Shown here: piece after piece, positions 46,214 to 60,706 of the stretch
Layout of the letters: each line of letters opens with the position of its first letter
Position numbering within the stretch: the first letter of the stretch is position 1
Origin: Oculina patagonica
Lineage: Eukaryota
Direction of reading: 5' to 3'
DNA: 64,000 nt
Assembly: GCF_052425735.1 (NCBI RefSeq)
Contig: NC_135763.1
Span: 38,130,001 to 38,194,000, forward strand
Made by a program: the position numbers and the translations under genes
Notes under the pieces: generated by a model
What the model was told of the DNA's origin: nothing
Database searches by the model: none
The model's input: the letters and a program-made list of their open reading frames with translations, nothing else

Positions 46214-47813
46214 GTCTAAAAGGACAGAAAGTTATTGTTACAAAGTTGTACAGTAATATTTTTAGTTATGGTACTGGATTTGTATCTGTGAAATTATGAA
46301 AGAGACCATTGTTAGTTTGTCACTAAAGTTTTCTTTTGATTTGTAATTACTTTCTTATCAGTGTATTACTGTTGATTTAGATTACAACAGGCTTTGGTAG
46401 GCAGATGGAGAATTTTATTTGAGGCCTTTCATGAAATTAAATAATAAATATGCTTTTCATAATCAACTAGGAAAGATAACCTGTATTACAGTAATATATA
46501 ATATTCATAACACCACACACTTTACTTTGTATTTCACTGCATAATTTATGCATTATAGTTATGGCTGTGCAACTGTATATGTCTGGAAAATATCCAAGCC
46601 AGGTTCATGGCCAACTATTAAAGGATACTGTTTTCTTTAAAAAGAAAGTTATTCCTTTATTAAAGTGCGTTTCTGTTGTGTCTGTATCTGTGTTTTTGGA
46701 AATGCAGTGCGCTGAAAATATTAACTCATGGAGATACATGTAAGAACTGTACAGCAAAGCGTCATCCTTGCCAAGAGGTCTCGCAGTGCAATAAATTTCA
46801 CAACCTCTTCCTGAATTAACATGTGCTAATTGGACAAAAGCATTTTATCAAAGTTAACAATGGCCTATTCGAATTCTACTGGATGTAATCCTTTACCACG
46901 GTATTGCTTGCCACGGCAAACCTAGATGTTGATAAAACATGTTGGTCAAGGCAATAACATGATATCCATCTGAGGCAAAAACTTCGGAAAGTGAGTAAAT
47001 ATTTTCTGGCAGTGTTTTATCAGAGTCAACAAGGTGGGAAACTTTGTAAATTTGTAGTATCCTCTTGATGGCACATTTAAAGGAAGGTGCTAGCCTTGTA
47101 CAGTAAAAAAAATACAATTGCTGACAGACATGGCATTTTGGGGATGTAATTTCTTATTCGTAACACTTGTGTAAAACTCAATTAAGATTTTCTTTATAAA
47201 GAAAAAACAATACACAGATGATTTCCATCGTATGCATACAACTTTTATCAAGATAAAGGTAGGACCTTTTTTAGATTGCAGACCTCTTCAGTGTCTGTGG
47301 TGGTTCGCTTTTTGAAACATCTTTAAAAGGGTCCCTGGAAAAATTTGTCAAATTATTCACTTGGTAATACTGAGGAACAAAGTAAATTACAACATTTGAA
47401 CTTCTGAACTTTTTTAATACTTTAAGGAATCGTTCATTGTTACAACATAACTTTGTTTTCTGACTGCTAATTATAACCCTTATGGGCTCACATGTCGTAG
47501 CTATTGAAACCAGGCCCCCTCATAAACTGTTTCCAGTCCTCTCTCTATGAGTGGCAAGTGTTAGTCACCAGTGAAGGGGGATGGTTTCTAAGGTTATTCA
47601 AAATACGTTATTTTCATTTAAACAGTTAGGAAGATACCTCTTGCAGTCAGTGATTCCGTTAGAATCTCGTTTTCTTTTCAAATTATATTAAATTATTGCG
47701 CCTATCTACAAAGCAAATATTAACAAGAAAACTAAAACTTAGAAAAACTCCAAGGATTATTTGTCATTATTCAATTTATCTACAAAACATACATTCACAA
47801 TGGGTAATCATTA

Positions 47814-48904
47814 CAGTGCGACTACTCGGACCGGGGCACCCTGAACATTTTTAACCAATCACAGTGTTAATTGAAAACAAAGGATAGGGACATTTTTTTG
47901 TAACGGACCAATAACGATTTAGAACGTAAACAAAAGATTACCTACAAAATTTGAACTGTCAACAGCGTTACAAACAGATGCGGACCTCTCAGGAAACTTG
48001 CCTTCTATTTGATTGGTTACTTTCGAACCTTAGTTTTCCAAAGGTCATGGGGTTCTCGCGATTACATGTAAAAAGTTTACGAATCAAACCATGAATCGTG
48101 AAATTTTGTTCACGGTCCCAGGAGGTGTGAATTGAGATTCACGCTGTGTTTACCCTTGCTTACAAAAAAATTCACTTGGGTGAAAATGAAGACCGTAATG
48201 CCGTAACTATTTTTTTTTCACTCCGTCTTTGCCGTAAAATTGATGCGAGTCGCAGTAAATTACAAATATTTGTGTTCACGGACTTTTCTTTAGCTACTTT
48301 ATATTTAAGTAAATGTTTCGTAAAAGAGAAATTTTCGTACCAATGAGTCTTAATTTTGTTTTAAATCAAGACTAAAACTCATTTCAAGCAGCGAAGCAAA
48401 ATGTCCCTTTATAAGGTAAATTTCGCTCCGGCGGCACCCAAATTTTTCTTTTTCGTCAAAAACAAAAAATAATCACATCAAACACGAGCTATAATAAGAG
48501 TGATGACTTCAAAAGAATCCGAATAGTCATGTCTGCTCACAGATGCCATCCCGTTTCGCGCGTGAATAAAAAGTCAAAAGCGTTCCTCGTTATTCTTTCT
48601 GTACTACACCAAAGAAGAGATTTCATTCCCTAAATTTAGCCCGGATAGACTTTTGATAGGTTTTGATCAAATAATAAAACGAGCGGAAATTCGGAACGTA
48701 ATTAGGATCAAAGTAACCAATCAAATAGAAGAGTCTGGAGGCCGCATTTGTAACGTTGTTGACAGTTCAAATTTTGTAGGTAATTTTTGTTTACGTTCTA
48801 AATCGTTATTGGTCCGTTGCAAAAAAATGTCCCTATCCTTTTTTTCAATTAGCACGTGATTGGTTAAAAATGTTCAGGGTGCCCCGGTTCGAGTAGGCGC
48901 ACTG
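47814..48904. mobile_element. Non-autonomous DNA transposon with ~170-bp TIRs and TA TSD, between the RER1 and chordin 3' ends
   Basis: 47814-~47990 is the reverse complement of ~48738-48904. Confidence 0.88.
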
Positions 48905-49787
48905 TAAGTTACGTCAAATTTGATTTCAATAAATAAGAAGAGAACAACCTTCATCTGACCGCTAACCAGACAATATTTTTCTTACTGTAATATTTACCCG
49001 CCTGATAAAACAAGTATCTCATGACACGCACATATCCATGAAACGTCCGAATATCAAATAGAAAACTTCACTTCTGATGACGTTGCACTGCAGACATCCG
49101 CGTTGTCTCTGATTGGTTGTTACTGTTGCGTAGGAATCGTTGCCAAGTAACAGCCAATCAAAGACAGTCTCAGACAACGCAGCGAATAGAAATCAGGGCA
49201 TGAAGAAAATAATCTGTTTTAGGCTATGTCTTACTTGTCGAGTTCCTATAACGGCCCACAGGATAGGCCCTCGTTTCCAACATAGCAAAACTGCCTTAGA
49301 TGGTGGCCTTTAAATCTTCGCACCTTTTTGCATCGTCTTCTGGTAGGGAACGAAGTGATTGTGAACAGTCTCCTTCCCAGGGTCTTGCCTCTTTCTTTGA
49401 GAAGCGGGAAGACTGGCGCAAAATCGCAGTGGCCAGTGACGTCATATAGAGAAGAAAGAAGAAGCAAGCATCTGGGAGGAGACTGGAAACTAGCTATTAT
49501 AAATAGCTAGCTATATTTAAGGTTGTCGTATAATCAAGCACTCTAGGGCTGTACGGACCTTTCGTTACAGCGGAAGTATAATTTAAATCAATGTACAATA
49601 TATCTATTCAATTTCTTTGACAATTTACAAAAGAGTTAAGTTGTCGGTGTTCTTTAGTGTTCTTGTCCGCAGTAGAATGTACTCATTCGTCAAGTTTTTG
49701 ATTGAGGACCGTTTGATGAAATTTTTGTTTTTTGCAGTCAGGATGCCTCACTCCAACTTCAACCTTTTTTTTCTCTGGAAGTCAGTT

Positions 49788-52700
49788 TTAAGATCCTGAA
49801 CATGGGACACAACAACTTTTCATGGCGCCACCAATAGAGTTTCTACACTGTCCTTTCGGGCATGTTGCATGCTTACAGGTCGTTTTTCCATTCTGAAAAG
49901 AAAAACAAATAGTTAACGCTTATAACTTGAAGTGGTGCAGAGGAATTCCTCGTATAACCTTACGAGTAATTTAGATCGTAACTTACGTCCGAGCGTGAAG
50001 TCGGCCAGGGCCGTACCTAAGATTTTTTGTCTGCGGAGGCAAGTTTTCCTGGCGGGGGCTACTGTTTTTTTTTTTAATTAAGTTTTTCTTTTTTTCTTTA
50101 GTTTTCTTAGTTTTTTAGTTTTCCTGGCGGGGGCAACTGCCCCCTCTGCCCCCCTCCTCCCCCTCCCCCCCCCCCCCCCCGCTAGGTACGGCCCTACTCG
50201 CAAGTCACAGTGTTTCGGAACTGTGTTAGGATCGGCTTACATAGAAACTGTCTTATTCCCCTCTTCACCTTGATACAACTATAATCTTACTGAAGCCTAC
50301 TTTTTAGTTTTAAGGGCAAAATCTGTTGCTTCCCAATTACACAAACTTGACAAGTACCAGCCTTAGTCTTGCTTTCTTGCGGATTTCACTCACAAAATAC
50401 GGAATTGACAAATTCTAAGAGATCTGAGATGCAACAGTAAATCGTGTTTACCTCACACTTGCACGTTATGCATCTGGAGGGACCGAACAGTGGGAAATAT
50501 GGCTTCCATGTTTGACCGTCTTTGTATTCACTTCCACGAAAATTGCACCCTACAGATGGAAAATAGACCTATCAGGTTATACCATTATAAAATCCTAATA
50601 TTTTTGGCTGATATCCAGTACGCGTCCGTGGAAGTACAAAAGTCATATTTTGTTTTACCTTTTTTAACGGCCTTGTCGTCATCCGATTGTCCATCCTCTT
50701 CATCTGCGAACAGAAAAAAGCGAAAAATGTGAATTTTTATTCGAGGCGGGCAGTTTAAACATTGAGAGAAGCACTTTTAGTTTCCAAGGGCGAGACTCTT
50801 TAAAAGAATAGACACGACAAGACTTGATCGATTCTATCTTTATTTCTATTTTTATAGATATAGAGATAGAAAAAGAAAGAAATCGTTTATTCAAAAATCA
50901 ACACTTGGTAGTCTACGTGACTGAATTACGTGCGCTAAAATAACAGACAATGCAAAATATAATATCCGTAGAACATGTATCCGTATAGTAGCTTTTGTAC
51001 ACGTTTTCTTCTTTCTATCTTTGTCAACCAATCACATTTCAACCTTTTTATTAGCATCGCATTGTGCCCGTTTATTTCCATTTTTTGCTTTTTGCAGCCC
51101 CTGAAGAAGGCTAGTTTTGTCGGACCGAAATATTGGGCAATAAAATTACCCTTTTAGCTGTTCGATCAGCCTTGCATTTGGACTGTATTTGGTTTTACGT
51201 TTTGTACATTATTGCTGATCCTGATCTACGCAAAGATCCGGCTTCACTCCCCTGCTGTTTTTCCAAGTGGCCTTGCATTATTCAGTTATATCTAGGTTGT
51301 TCTGCATTGGTTCTTCTCGCAAAAATTACAAAAGGAATGCTTCTTTCTTACACAATTTGGGAAACAGTCACATTTACTTTCTTTCCAACACTGAACTATT
51401 GGACATATCCAACAAAAAAATAAATCTCCTTTTTTGTTGAAATAACTGTCAAATTTATCATTATTGGCTCGTTTTCGTCGGCAGTTTTCGTAATCAACAC
51501 TTCGTTTTGATTAGTTGAAAGTGAAGCCTGTTCTTATGTCACCAAGTTTTGTCGTGCTAAAATTTGATAACCGGTTGCAAATTACTGAACTTCTTACCAG
51601 GGCACCGCATACAGCAGTCAGTCAGGCGTAGTTTGATTGGATATTTGCAATGAAGATCTGGACATTTTACTTTGGTGCATGATATATCCTCTGATTTTGC
51701 CTGCGGAAAGGATAAATTGAGTCAAAATAAGGTTAAAAAAAACACATTCAACAACTTTGATCAGATCCCGCTAGTCACTAACTAGTAAGTTATCGTATTA
51801 TTCATTCTCGTCCCCAGAGCTCTCGTTAATTTTGGTCACGTGTTCGGCGAAATGAGAGGTGCTGAGGTCGGTGCTGAGAAATATGCATCTCCTCAACGCG
51901 CGCGCTTCTGATTATTTGTTCGGTCGCTTACCAGGCATGTGCAGGCGTGACATCTCATGTAACCGAATGGCTGTACAAAAGGATGCCACACGGCTCCAGC
52001 GGGATAAACTTTCCTGTCTCTTTTCACGTAACATCCTTTCATGGATGGTCGATTCTTCTTCTCGTAATATATGACAACTTTTTCCTCAACGGCTGGAAAA
52101 GAATGAAAAATAATTTTATTTATACATTGGATAGTTCAGCTACGTTTTGATAGCTGATATGTGAGTATTTAAGACGTTTGAAATAACTAACTCAGTGCAA
52201 ACAAAGCAAAGTCCAAAATACCTGGACAAACAGGGCAGCACAAATGAGGTAATAAGATAGGTGCTTCGCTGCAGTTTAACCGCTGACACTGGAGTGGCGC
52301 ACAAACTATTTCAGAGTCCTGCAAGGAGAAAGACAGAAAAATCAGCAACTAACAGTCAAGGTTTATTGATTGACAAGTTAAATTTACCTGGCAAGTGCAC
52401 GAGGAACATTTGTCATCTTCAGAAACCCATGTCTGTCCATTAAAGTATTCTTTGTCGTCATGGTAACACGAGCCATGCATCGGACCTCCCTGCTGTAAAT
52501 CAGGAAACCGCTTTCTACAAATATCGCTGTTCACCAAGACCTGGCTCCTCAGCTCCCCTTGAGGAACCTCTTCGCTGCTTACTTGCAAATAGACCAATCC
52601 ACGGACGAGATTACTGAGGAAGGCTGAGTCTAGGTTGCGTGCGGATCCCGAGACCTACAATAGAACAGGAATAGTTTGATTGCGATTTATTCAAATATAG

Positions 52701-55700
52701 GAGAACCAATCAGATTCGCAGATTTACAATAGACCAAGATGACCGTTAACTTAAGTCTGTTGGAACGTTCCTTGATTAATGCAACAAAACTGACTTGTTA
52801 TTATATATCTGTTAAGGACTTGATTTCCGGGACAAGAATACGTACCGTTTCTCCTTCAAAAGAACGTAAGAAGTGCACGTGCTCATCATACGGCTGTGGA
52901 ACCTCGCCATAATCTGCAAAGCCCTGGAGTTCCGCTGTCATCAAATTCTTGCGCCCACGGTCCATTCCACTGAACATCAGGTGATAGTGTAACGCGCAGT
53001 TTTTGTCCAGTGAGAACCAGGCCTGCCCGGCTGCACCTGTCTGGATCCTGGGAACAACTTCGTTACCAGACAGCAGAACCGGTGGATCTGGTAAAAGATC
53101 GGAAATTCAGTAGGGATTTAACAAAGGGGGCTTGTAAAAGACATATAAGTAAGGTCTTTTCTAGTTCTGGGGTTTGAAGAACTCTATCACTCTAGGGTTT
53201 GAAGACTAGGAGTATTTTTGCTACTCCCTTTTGACGGATGGATAGTCCAGTCCCTAAACTCTCTCTTTAGCGCGGCCTTTATAGGGGTTTAACCCACCTG
53301 GGTTTAACCCTATAATTAAAGAGTGCGTGGAAAAGAGAGTTCAGGGACTGGACTAGGCGGATGGAATGCTAGTACATTAAAGGTTACCTCAGCATTTAAT
53401 CAAGTTTACGTTACAATCCTTCAGTAATCATTTAGCTGGCGCATGGAAAGGGTGTGAGAGTAAAGGTTAAAGTGTGAGGGTAAAGAGTCTTGGTCGACAA
53501 CACAACGTAACTATCTGAGCTAAGGCTAAGGCTTTAAGTATGAAAAGTTATATTGTTCGTACCATGATATGACAGATGATGTCCCCTGTATGGAAACTGC
53601 TTTAGTTGACCGTGTATTTCGCCATTCTTGTTGGCCGTGGTTCGAACATTGATGAACGTGTTTCCACTGAAAAGCCAGCAAATGTCTTTAAACGATGGTC
53701 TCTCCCAAACACCTTTTACCTGCAACATAATCATAAACTTTTGTTTATAATTGTAACTACAGTCAACTCTCTCTTAACGGACACCTCCATAAGACGGGCA
53801 CCCAAGACAGACACCTGGTGTTGGTCCCGCCCCGCCGTGTCAGTCATACAAACAAACTCCGAAAGACGGACACCCCTAAGACGGACAGATGGAGCCGGCC
53901 CGACGGTGTCCGTTTTAGAGAGAGTTGACTGTATAGTCAGTTTTACAACACGACTTTCAAAAATTTAAAGCGACCATGAATGTTAAACGACTTAAAATGG
54001 CATTTATTTAGATAAAGCAAGCAACACCCCCTCCCCCCAAATTCAATGCGAATTATTTTCCTTATAAAAACGCCGTAAAAAGAACGAAAACATCCTTGAT
54101 AAAGAGTGATATTTTTGTGAGAGTTTCAAGTCTATTTCTGCACATATTGTACGGAAACAAACTTATTTACTTATTTAAGTACAAGTGTTTCCAGGGAGTG
54201 GTCAGACGGTATTTTTTTATACATTTTTATTCATATTCGGCCGTTTCAGATCAGTTTCAGCTGAAAACAATCTATTTCTGTCAAGTGTAGATCCCAGAGA
54301 CGTGCACGATATTTTTTTTAATTTTTTTTTTTAAAGTCTTGTTAATAAGTGGCGGTGCAATTTTTTTAAAAATTTGGAAGACAAGCTGTATTCCCGATCA
54401 ACACTCAACATGTATTTTTGTCTATTACCCGACTAATTTTTGTAAACAAACAAACCTCAGCTTGTCCGTGTTCATCAGCAGTCACAGAACGAGAAAGTCT
54501 TTTAACATTTTGTCTGCGACTTGTTGCTTGAAGACTGATTTCTGTCACAGAGTTCATCAGTCCCGACAGAAAAATCTGCAATAAACAGAATTATGTGTTT
54601 AAAATTTGAGAAAAGCGGTACTTTAGAAGTATTTAAAGTATCACGGAGGGCTAACTCGGTCCAAAGTGTAAATGTTAAAATCTACGAGGGAGTTACCATT
54701 TACATTCTTCATTTATAATAAAAGTCCTTATGAGTTGCACTTCATTCCATGATAAAAGTTACTTTTGAAACTTCCCCTCCCCCTTTCTGAATAAAAAAAA
54801 AATTAAGGGATCGCCTTTGGCTGGCCAGTTGGTCTAAGACAGCCTCGTTCCCAGGGCTTTTCCCTTCCGTTCTAAATTACCAAGGGAAAAGCCCTGGGAA
54901 CGAGGTTAGATCTAAAAGGGGCAAAAAAGGTGGAACCAATGAAAAGTGTAACAGCTATGTAACGAAGTTCTATAACCAAAATGATTTAAAAAAACAGAAG
55001 TCGACGTGTACCTGATAGTGTATTTGACCATTATTAGCGAATTCAAAAGAGGCATAACCGCTGGCTCCTGTCATTGTGGGCCTAGGAGCGTCTCGACCGG
55101 AAAGCTGAGAGACGATGGCTGTAGGAGAAAAGTAAAACCGTTTTAATCTTACTATGATGATAAGTGCTAACATTTCAAGCCATAACTGATTTGAAGCAGA
55201 GTCCTCAAAGGCAACGTTAGTTCATCTGATTCGTTGTTACCAGCACGTGAGAACGTTGTGTATCTGTGATATTAGCTGGTTGCGTTTTCTCCCAAAAACG
55301 TCCTGAACAGAAGTGTTGTCGTTTGATGATCAAAGACAACTATTTGAGCTTGAAGGGTAATCATCTAAAGAAGAGTGAAATCGGAAAAACATTCTAAAGA
55401 ATGTTTTTTTATTTAACTTACTATTGCAAGTCCTTTTGATGCCTATTCGACCAGTGAGTTTCGTTGTTTGATCAGCGGTGTTCAGTATCACTGTAATATT
55501 TAAATGACCACGTGACAGCCACTTAAGAGCATGCTCAGCTGGGTTCGACCATACCGTTTTAAAATCGGAATTCTGCAAGAGAAGAAATGGCCATTAATGT
55601 GGTCACTAACTGATGGTCGAGGTATTGATTTCAGTCAAATTTGAGACTTTCAAGTTGTTACTTAGTAGGTACGGATGTTAAAGTTGCAGTGTCTCGGAGA

Positions 55701-58700
55701 TATTAGCTAACAGCTACTCNNNNNNNNNNNNNNNNNNNNNNNNNNNNNNNNNNNNNNNNNNNNNNNNNNNNNNNNNNNNNNNNNNNNNNNNNNNNNNNNN
55801 NNNNNNNNNNNNNNNNNNNNNNNNNNNNNNNNNNNNNNNNNNNNNNNNNNNNNNNNNNNNNNNNNNNNNNNNNNNNNNNNNNNNNNNNNNNNNNNNNNNN
55901 NNNNNNNNNNNNNNNNNNNCACCTTTTGGGCCATTTGTTAGTTGTCATTCTGTTACAACAGTCTTTCAGCGGTCAGTAACGCCACCGAAACGCCATTTTA
56001 AAGTTAAAAATACTCAGCCATTTGCCAGATGCTAGCCTGTTCTAGGTGCTCGGTAAATTGGGGATAAGTGCGAAAAACAGCGAGTAGGAGGGGCCGCTTC
56101 CCTAGATCCGTCACTGCTCAAAACTTGCATTGACGGGCAGGAAAAAACAAAGACTTTGCACGAGGTATAGCACGTTTAGCAAAAGTTGTCCTTGTAGTCT
56201 TTTAGCTTTCAGCTAGCTTTAGGGTCACTGGAAGCCAGTCGCCTAAACAAATTAACCAAAACATAAAAGATGCTATGAGTGACTTACCTCTCTCTTCACT
56301 TGTGATGCACTGATTACTTTCACCACACGGGCACCTTTGCTATTGGTGGGATTTTTAATCAGCTTAATCGTCACTTGAGTTCCTGAACCTTTGGGGAGAA
56401 AAACGCATCAACTTTACACCTTACAACTTAAGGTGTGTATTCCTACCCTACCCTACTGGCATATGGTTTGAGATTCCGCCCCAACCCACTGGCTAAGGTG
56501 CGTCATCCCACCCCACCCCACCTCTCTCAAGTATGCACTCCACCCCACCCCACTGACCTAAGCTGTGTGATCCACTGTAGCGGAGATATATCCTGAGAAG
56601 TTTTCCACTTCTGGCAAAGTTGAAAGATGCTAGCGCACTGGATGTTTCATCATCAGATGACAGCAATGCTTCAAAGCTCTCTGAAAATAGAATTGAGTGT
56701 AAAAAGAGTTAAAATATTCGTCTTTAAACAAGATGATTTATCAAAAGTGTTTCAATTGATGTTATTCACGATATATTAACTGTGAGCCATTTTTCGCGCG
56801 CCGAAGAAACTTAGCTTCATATCGACATAAACCACGAAGTAATAATTTACTTTGACAGAAATACAGGAAAGATAAAATGTTTAACCAAAAAGGAACAAGA
56901 TGATTAAGTTTGAGGAAGATTAAATAAGTTTAGAAACAAAGAAGTTTCGGCTAAACAAAGTTTTCGGCTAAACTTTGCAAGGTGCGTGATCCGTGTTGTA
57001 GCCGATCTTAAACTCTCGTGTAATCACTGCTGTATTGCTTTTTAGCATTGTCACTTATAGTGCCCTGGGCACACAAACCCAGATATTGCGCTTCCTACTT
57101 CCTACAGATTAACATGGATTAATACAATAAAACAGTGGTAAAACTACTAATACTAACACAATAACATTCACCAATTGAACCACTATCACTACTAACACGA
57201 TACAATACTTATAAAGGCTTGTTTAACACCACAATGTCGTCTTTCAATATCTAGAATTGATAGCAGGCATCCTTATGACTCGAAATACCATTTTATAAGC
57301 GCCATTTAGAGGACATTTATTTTTGTTTGGAGTCTTGCATGATAGAATCAGAGACTGTTATAATTATTACAAGTAAATGCACGCTTTAGTCCTTTCTGGT
57401 TGAATTTTGTCATTTTCTTGTCACTTCCTACACCATACAAATCAATTTTGATCTCGTGTTCTCCTTTAAATCCAGCCTGATTACTCTTTGATTATTACCG
57501 TGATGCTGTTGACGCCTAAGAGAGCCAGGCAATCGTCTGTGGCTAATAAGACTACTTAAGAGAACATTCATTTTCCATGTTTAAATATAGAACTATGTTA
57601 ACTTTAAAAGAGGCTATTCGAAAAAAACTAAGAAATGCCGCGAGTATTTCCAATTCTGTTTTCAGTTTTTCTAAACTTTGGAGGAAGTGCAGAATCTAAT
57701 TTAATTTGGCTTTAATTTGCAAGCGCAACTTTTGTGTACGTTGTTTTCTGACAGACTAAGTAAACAGTCTTCTTTCTCCTTTATTTAGTTTCTCATAAAA
57801 ACAATTAAAGAATAAGACGTTAACATTTTAACTTTATACTACTCAGCTTCCGTGTCAATAAACTTACCTTCCGAGTAAGATTTGTACAATACAATGTCTC
57901 CTTTAAGGCCTGCTGCGTGCTGTTTTTTGAGTTTCAATGCTAAGCTAACTTTTCCTTGCTTGAAAGATTCAATTTGCTTGTTATTCATTTGATTCCAAAC
58001 AAGACACACCTGGAAAATGCAAAAATAAGCATCCACATAAAACTTCTCCTTACTGTACTCAATACGTTTCTTCTATTATTGGTTGGGAGAATAGAGCATC
58101 AATTATAAGGATCATCGACGGCAATAGGCATTAGCAAAACGATGTATGCAGCATCATTTCTAGATGAACAAAAATATACGCGCAGTTCATAGAAAATCCA
58201 AAAATAATGGTTTGATTTTGTAAAGCAGTTCTCGTCAAATGATAGGAACCCATTAGGAAGTGAGGATGACTACGGATGGCAAGGATGGAAATGGATTACA
58301 ATATGGACAAACTTAAAAACAAATGTAACAGGACTAACCTGAGATCCATTGATGGATTTACGCTGAATGTTTATTTCCTTAAGCAGCGAGCCTTTAGAAT
58401 CCATAAAGGACGCCATGCGAAGTTTTCGAGGCCTATTAATTAGAATAAAATCAAACAAGTTAAAAATGATTTTCATTAAAAAAATATAAATTGATTTCAT
58501 GTTTTAATTATCAGGGATGGCTTTTTTCCTTACCCTTCATAACGAATTGAAATGCTTAGCGTGCTCCGCACAAGTGAAAAGTGCGCACGCCCGAGACCGT
58601 TTTGGCGGGAAATCGAAGCTTTCGGTGTCGTCAGCAAAGATATGAACTCTGAAAAAAGTAAAACAAGAACTAGTCTAGAAAGATCACATGTAATAGTGAG

Positions 58701-60666
58701 TCAAATTTTAAGGTATTAAATACCAATCTATTCATTTCAGATTTACAAGAGAGAAGAAACAGATTCATCGTATTTTTCTCACCGTCCGGGCAAGATGGAC
58801 AACAATGCCCTTGTTCGACCTTGGGTCTTGCGCACGCTGTTGCTGGGCAGCGGTGTCGTATGTTACGACATGTCACTTTCCCTGTTGTCTCTGTATCTGA
58901 AACCTGCGATAAGAAAGAATTTTTGTTAATTATGTTCAGGAAAAACCTGCGGTGGACTAGCACTCCGTCCAGGAAGTGGAGTTAAGCACCAAATCAAAGA
59001 TCTGCTTGGTTCAGACTGGACCTTAGCCTATAAGCTATTGATGGTGAAGCAAAAAACTTTACATGGAACGGTATAAGAGAGGTGGCGCAGCCGTACAGCT
59101 TGCGGTCTTCATAACAATACATCATTGAGACAAGCTCGCATTGTTTCTGGTTTAGTCTATTCTTGGAGAAATACTGCTAGTACGAGATCATTTTATATAA
59201 TACAAGAGTTTTTAAATGTGGGGCATCTAGTGTCTAATCAGTAAACAGCTAAAAAACTTTTTTATATAGTCAGTAGACTGTTCAGTCAGTGAACAGCAAA
59301 AAAGGAGATAAGTCAGTTAATTTGTACCATTTTATGACGTTTAAGAGCTGTAGATGATTTGTTTCATTATATACAGAGAAAGAGAGTTAAAATTCTTTCA
59401 TGTTCTCTATGCATGGGCATAGACACTTTGCGTGTTCGACACATTGTCAATAAACATACATAAACAACTGTCTGCAAAGAAAATCAATTAACATTTCAGT
59501 GTTTGCATTCCATATCGCCCGTCCGACATTTTCCCTCAATATAAGGACAGTAAGAGTTTTGATTCAGTGCCAACGCCGTACACTGAACTTTTGATAAACC
59601 TTTTTCTTCGCTTTTGCTTTGCGTGTGGTACCTAAAGAATCTCTTTGTTCTCTTGAATGTAAAGTTTGTTAGCGCTACAAGGGCTAATCAATTCAAGAGA
59701 TAAATGCTAGGCCAGTTTTGAACTCACTATCAAATTGATCTACAAAAGTAGGTCACGTTTTCAACGACAGATTTCTAGATAAAAACGTTTCAAAACATAT
59801 TATCGAAAGTAACTTTAAGAAACTTCCAAAAAGCTACAAGTTATCCAGGTTTGGCTTATCTTGGCTCTTTCAAATGCAGAGTCCGTTTGGGGGTTAAGTC
59901 GGATATATACGTTAATTACAAAGTCTTTCTGAATAACATACAAAGCCTTTTGTCAGTGCTTGTATTTGGGATTACTTTAATTGGCGATTGAATACTTTTC
60001 CAAACAAATAAACGCTGTGCTGTTAATTTTCCATACAAACAGCCACACGGGGCGAAACGTTGGGAAAAATCACTTACTTCCGAAAACATCAACTGGAAGA
60101 AAACATTCCAACGGTCCACAAAACTGCTAAAGAAACAAGTTGCGAGAATTTCATTTCAGTCATCATAGGTTTTGTACTAAAAAGGAGCTTTCATATTTAA
60201 GATAAAGGAGGATGGAGATTGTACAACTGCGGAGACGGAGAGAGACCAACGCTATGACTGTCATTTCACAAAGTCTTTTATTCAGCAGGTGTTGCAGGTT
60301 CAATTCAACCAACAACTCATCCTTCACAATAAGAGATATTTGCCCCCAAAAAAAGAAAGCAACTACACTCTTTATACATTTTTTTTTATATGAAACTCCA
60401 GACGATTCATTATTAATCTCGGAATTATAAGTAAAATCATTTATAAATATAGAATAGAACAACTTCTAATACATATAAACCAGCTATCTAACAACTTCTT
60501 CGCCTTCTCCTATGTTAGTATTGTCTTTATTTTTAGTAAAGATTTCCACCGCTTCTTATATTATTGTATTTTGATCCGTTGCCACTGTTTGTGAATGTAA
60601 ATAGTATTTTGTAAATAGCGTTGTATATGTAAGTATTTTTTTTGTGTGTTATTTCTAAATGAATGA

Positions 60667-60706
<40 letters not shown>

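Noticed and set aside
55703-55948. ORFs spanning the N run
   Set aside because: Artefacts of the assembly gap.
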